In this document: one piece after another, positions 58,192 through 64,000 of the stretch
Layout: each line of letters begins with the position of its first letter
Numbering within the stretch: the stretch's first letter is position 1
From: Gaiellales bacterium
Lineage (GTDB): Bacteria > Actinomycetota > Thermoleophilia > Gaiellales > JAICJC01
Assembly: GCA_038212095.1 (NCBI GenBank)
Contig: JBBQUW010000010.1
Span: 11,084 to 75,083 of the forward strand
DNA: 64,000 nt
Direction of reading: 5' to 3'
The notes under the pieces: generated by a model
What the model was told of the DNA's origin: nothing
What the model saw: only the letters and a program-made list of their open reading frames with translations
The model's database searches: none
Position numbers and translations under genes: made by a program

Positions 58192-58500
58192 TCAACGGGC
58201 GGCCAGTGAGTCGCCCGGCGTCGGCTCGCCGGCCTGCTCAGGGCCGGCCAAGCATCCCTGCCTGCGGTCGCGCAGCCAAACCTCGACGGATGCCTCGTCC
58301 CAGAGCGTGCGACCGCGGAAATAGCCGGCCGGAGCCGGGAATCCAGGCGTCTCGATCACGCCGCTAAAGTCGCTTCGGCACATCGACATCCGCTCGGCCA
58401 GTTGCTGGCGGTCGACTAAGCGGGCGAGCGGGGCCGCGCCATGCCGCTCCGAACCGATCCCTGAGCCGGCGGCTTGGTAGCGATTCGGCACGTAGTCCAT
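58192..58500 (-). CDS. small HTH protein (excisionase/AlpA/MerR-like, tentative)
   Basis: 102 aa. LVDRQQLAERMSMCRSDFSGVIETPGFPAPAGYFRGRTLWDEASVEVWL resembles Xis/AlpA-type HTH-wing proteins. No partner integrase seen. Confidence 0.4.
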   Translation of the reverse strand: MDYVPNRYQAAGSGIGSERHGAAPLARLVDRQQLAERMSMCRSDFSGVIETPGFPAPAGYFRGRTLWDEASVEVWLRDRRQGCLAGPEQAGEPTPGDSLAAR

Positions 58501-58678
58501 CCGTCAAACTCCCGCCCGTGGACTCTGAGAATGCCACCGGCGGGTGTAGTTGTCAACTTGAATCCTGCCGGGGCCTAGGGCGGACTGCCGGTGATCCCGC
58601 CGCACCGTCGCCCGCGTGGATGCACCGGGCGGGCACCTGGGTGTCGGTTGAGCGCTGACGATCATCGCCTACGGCACG

Positions 58679-59986
58679 ATGCGTGCCAATAGGAAATGGC
58701 CAGGCGGCAGCCATGTACCATCGCCCCTCGTGCCCCCCACACCCTTGCGATCCCGACTGCCTTCCCTGATCGGCCCTGCCGGCGTCGGCTTCCGCCGTTT
58801 CTGGCTGGCGACGCTGATCAGCGTGCTGGGGTCGTGGATGGCGGCGATCGCGCTCTCGATCCGGATGTACGACGTTACCGGCTCGCCGGGCTGGGTGTCG
58901 GCGCTGCTGGTGGCCGAGTTCGTGCCCTCGGTGGTGATCGGCCTGCTGCTGGGAAACCGGCTGAACCGGCTTCGGGTGCGAAGCGCGCTGATCGTCTGCG
59001 ATCTGGGTAGCGCCGCGATCTTCGGCCTGCTGGCGCTGACCAGCACGCCTTGGCTGGTGGTCGCTCTGGCGGGCAGCGTCGGCATCGCGGTGGGCGTGTT
59101 CAAGCCGCTGGCCAGCTCGGCCGTGCCGATGCTGGTCTCCGACCAGCAGCTCGACTCGGCCACCGGCGCGATCGCCTCGGCCGAGGACTCGATGACCTTT
59201 CTGGGCGCCGCGCTGGGCGGCATCCTGGTCGGCACCGTGGGCGCAAACGTCGCGCTCTCGCTGAACGCCGTCTCGTTCCTGGCCTCGGCCGTGCTGATCG
59301 CGAGCTGCGCCAGGCTGTCTGGCGGCGGCGGCCCAGCCGCGCTGCCGGCTGACGAGGAGTGGCACATCCGCCGCATGGCGCGGCGGGTGGCCGGCACGCC
59401 CGTGCTGCGACAGATCGCCGTCGGCTGGACGCTCACCACGCTCGTGGTGGGCGCCGTCAACGCCGTCCAGGTGCCGCTGTTGCGCGGCACCTACCACGCC
59501 CGGCCGGGCGTCGTCGGCGTGCTGATCGGCCTGGTCGCGCTCGGACTGGTGGCCGGCAGCCTGATCGCCGGCGCACGCCGCTTGGGCCGCAGCGCATACC
59601 CGCTGGCGCTGGCCGGCATCGGGGCGGCCGCGATGATCGCCGGCGCCGCACCCCAGATCGCGCTGGCCGGCTTTGGCCTGCTGCTGCTCGGCATCTTCAA
59701 CGGCGTGGCCGTGATCCTCAACCGCACCCGCGTAATCCGCGCCACCGAGCCGGGCGAGCGGGCCGGGCTGATCTCGTTCCTGATCTCGCTCAGCATCAGC
59801 GGCCAGGCGCTGGGGACGATCGGCGGCGGACTGATTGCCAGCCTCGCCTCGCCGCGCTGGGCGCTCGTCGCATTCGGGCTGGTGGCACTTGTGCTGGCCG
59901 CGCCGATCGCGTTCACGATCGGCCCCCGCGCCGAGTGGCTGCTGCAGCCCTCGCCATGGGCCGAGCGCGACGACGGCCACCGATAA
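58679..59986 (+). CDS. MFS transporter (EntS/MFS_3-like)
   Basis: FRRFWLATLISVLGSWMAAIALSIRMYDVTGSPGWVSALLVAEFVPSVVIGLLLG and about 12 hydrophobic segments. The start may be GTG 58730. Confidence 0.85.
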   Translation: MRANRKWPGGSHVPSPLVPPTPLRSRLPSLIGPAGVGFRRFWLATLISVLGSWMAAIALSIRMYDVTGSPGWVSALLVAEFVPSVVIGLLLGNRLNRLRVRSALIVCDLGSAAIFGLLALTSTPWLVVALAGSVGIAVGVFKPLASSAVPMLVSDQQLDSATGAIASAEDSMTFLGAALGGILVGTVGANVALSLNAVSFLASAVLIASCARLSGGGGPAALPADEEWHIRRMARRVAGTPVLRQIAVGWTLTTLVVGAVNAVQVPLLRGTYHARPGVVGVLIGLVALGLVAGSLIAGARRLGRSAYPLALAGIGAAAMIAGAAPQIALAGFGLLLLGIFNGVAVILNRTRVIRATEPGERAGLISFLISLSISGQALGTIGGGLIASLASPRWALVAFGLVALVLAAPIAFTIGPRAEWLLQPSPWAERDDGHR

Positions 59987-60058
59987 CCGGTCGCTCACCG
60001 ATCCCTTACGGATAGATCACGTCCGGCTTGCAACCGGCCCCTACAACGAGAGTGGGCC

Positions 60059-60979
60059 ATGGGTCACCACCACCGCCATCCGCTCCGATGGGCGCTGTGC
60101 GCACTCGCCTGCGCCACCGTCGCGGCCACGCCGCTGCTGAGCGCTGCTCCCGCCCAGGCGGCGCAGCGCTCGACCGCTCCCAGCCACGTGCTGCGGCTGG
60201 GCGACCACGGCCCGATGATCACCACGCTGCAGCGGATGCTGGGCATCACCGCGGACGGCATCTTCGGCCCCGGCACCCGCCACGCAGTCACCGCGTTCCA
60301 GCACGCCCACGGGCTGCTGGCAGACGGCCAGGTCGGCCGACACACCTGGAACGCCCTCGCGGCGCTCGCCCACCGCCGCGCCGCGCACCGCAGGCACCAC
60401 GACGGCATCCTCGAGCTGGGCGAGAAAGGCTCCGCCGTGCGCGAAGTGCAGCGGCTGCTGCACATCCGCGCCACCGGCCTGTATGACCGCCGCACCTGGC
60501 GGGCGGTGCGCCGCTTCCAGAGCCACCACGGCCTCTTCGTGGGCGGCGCGGTGGGAGAGCACACGCTGCGCGCGCTGAAGGCCAGCGCCCACCACCACCC
60601 CACCCCCAGCGGCAGATCGCTGGGCGCGCGAGCGGCACACCTCTCACGCAGCTTCACCGGAATCCGCTACGTCTGGGGCGGCTCGCGGCCCAGCCAGGGC
60701 TTCGACTGCTCCGGCCTGGTGCAGTGGGTGTACGGCCGGCTGGGCGTCCAGCTGCCGCGCGTCACCTACCAGCAGTGGCACGCCGGCCACCGCATCCGCC
60801 ACCGCGCCAACCTGCGGCCCGGCGACCTGGTGTTCTTCCACCACCTCGGCCACGTCGGCATCTTCCTCGGCCACGGCTGGTTCATCAGCGCGCCGCGCAC
60901 CGGCCAGCGCGTCCACGCCAGCCGCATGCAAGGCTGGTACCTGCGCCAGTACCAGGGCGGCGTGCGCGTACCCAGCTAG
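60059..60979 (+). CDS. secreted NlpC/P60 peptidoglycan endopeptidase with two PG_binding_1 repeats
   Basis: Signal ALCALACATVAATPLLSAAPAQA. Two LQRMLGI.ADGIFGPGTRHAVTAFQ-type repeats. Catalytic core YVWGGSRPSQGFDCSGLVQWVY...GDLVFF...HVGIFLG. Confidence 0.9.
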   Translation: MGHHHRHPLRWALCALACATVAATPLLSAAPAQAAQRSTAPSHVLRLGDHGPMITTLQRMLGITADGIFGPGTRHAVTAFQHAHGLLADGQVGRHTWNALAALAHRRAAHRRHHDGILELGEKGSAVREVQRLLHIRATGLYDRRTWRAVRRFQSHHGLFVGGAVGEHTLRALKASAHHHPTPSGRSLGARAAHLSRSFTGIRYVWGGSRPSQGFDCSGLVQWVYGRLGVQLPRVTYQQWHAGHRIRHRANLRPGDLVFFHHLGHVGIFLGHGWFISAPRTGQRVHASRMQGWYLRQYQGGVRVPS

Positions 60980-61402
60980 GCCGCGCTCACAGCGTCCACG
61001 TAGCACGGCGTCCAGCGCCACCAACGGCCGCTGCTCGCTCAGGTGCGCGATGAACGTGAGCTACTGACCGCAGACGAGTACGGGCAGGGCGGGAGCCCCC
61101 TACCGGCTCGATCGTGCGCAACTGCCGGGTGGGCCGGTAGAGGTTGATGGTGACGGTGAGACTGCCGCGACGCGGCCCGGTCGACACCACCAGCGCCCCC
61201 TGCCGTCCGCTCCTCGTGGTCTGGCTGATCGTGAAGCCGGCGCCGTTCTGGGTCGCGTACCTGTGGACACGGCCACCTGTCGGCCACCTGCTTCCATGGC
61301 CGGCGCTCGGCCGTACTCGTCGGTCGCTGCCCCGCTATTGCACGTTGAACAGCGCACTACTGCCCGTCGGCGTGGGCGTGACGCCGGATCCGTCGGTGGC
61401 GG

Positions 61403-64000
<2,598 letters not shown>

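Overview
High-GC (about 70% by eye), densely coding chromosomal window that looks actinobacterial. Supporting signs are TANNNT -10 boxes, one apparently leaderless gene, and many ATGA/GTGA start-stop overlaps.

Housekeeping anchors: tandem M29 aminopeptidases, pheS-pheT, infC-rpmI-rplT-trmH, thrS and one tRNA-Val(GAC).

Accessory blocks:
(i) A 12-gene, single-strand peptide / beta-amino-acid catabolic island (11662-23487). It carries a C45 peptidase, a creatininase-family hydrolase, a Dpp/Opp-type ABC importer, an amidase, GFA, a DmpA/BapA-type S58 peptidase, a hotdog protein and a BKACE enzyme.
(ii) A histidine kinase / ASCH / OmpR-type regulator / NUDIX locus. The regulator and the NUDIX gene each carry their own promoter plus the same ~110-nt structured leader RNA. 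This is my best candidate for something undescribed.
(iii) A Liv-type ABC importer with fused LivG-LivF ATPase.
(iv) HDAC-like, GNAT and EgtD-like genes.
(v) Secreted beta-propeller and IPT/TIG proteins, and a lower-GC orphan patch next to tRNA-Val.
(vi) A SipW signal peptidase / TasA-like / TadG-like export or fibre cluster, flanked by an HTH-GAF-PAS regulator and a ~1085-aa multi-PAS kinase.
(vii) An MFS transporter, an NlpC/P60 hydrolase and a large S8 protease that runs off the right edge.

Three genes are interrupted by four apparent single-base deletions next to C or G, and one by an in-frame TAG. Either the assembly has indel errors or several accessory genes are decaying.

I recognised no CRISPR array, rRNA, transposase or integrase.
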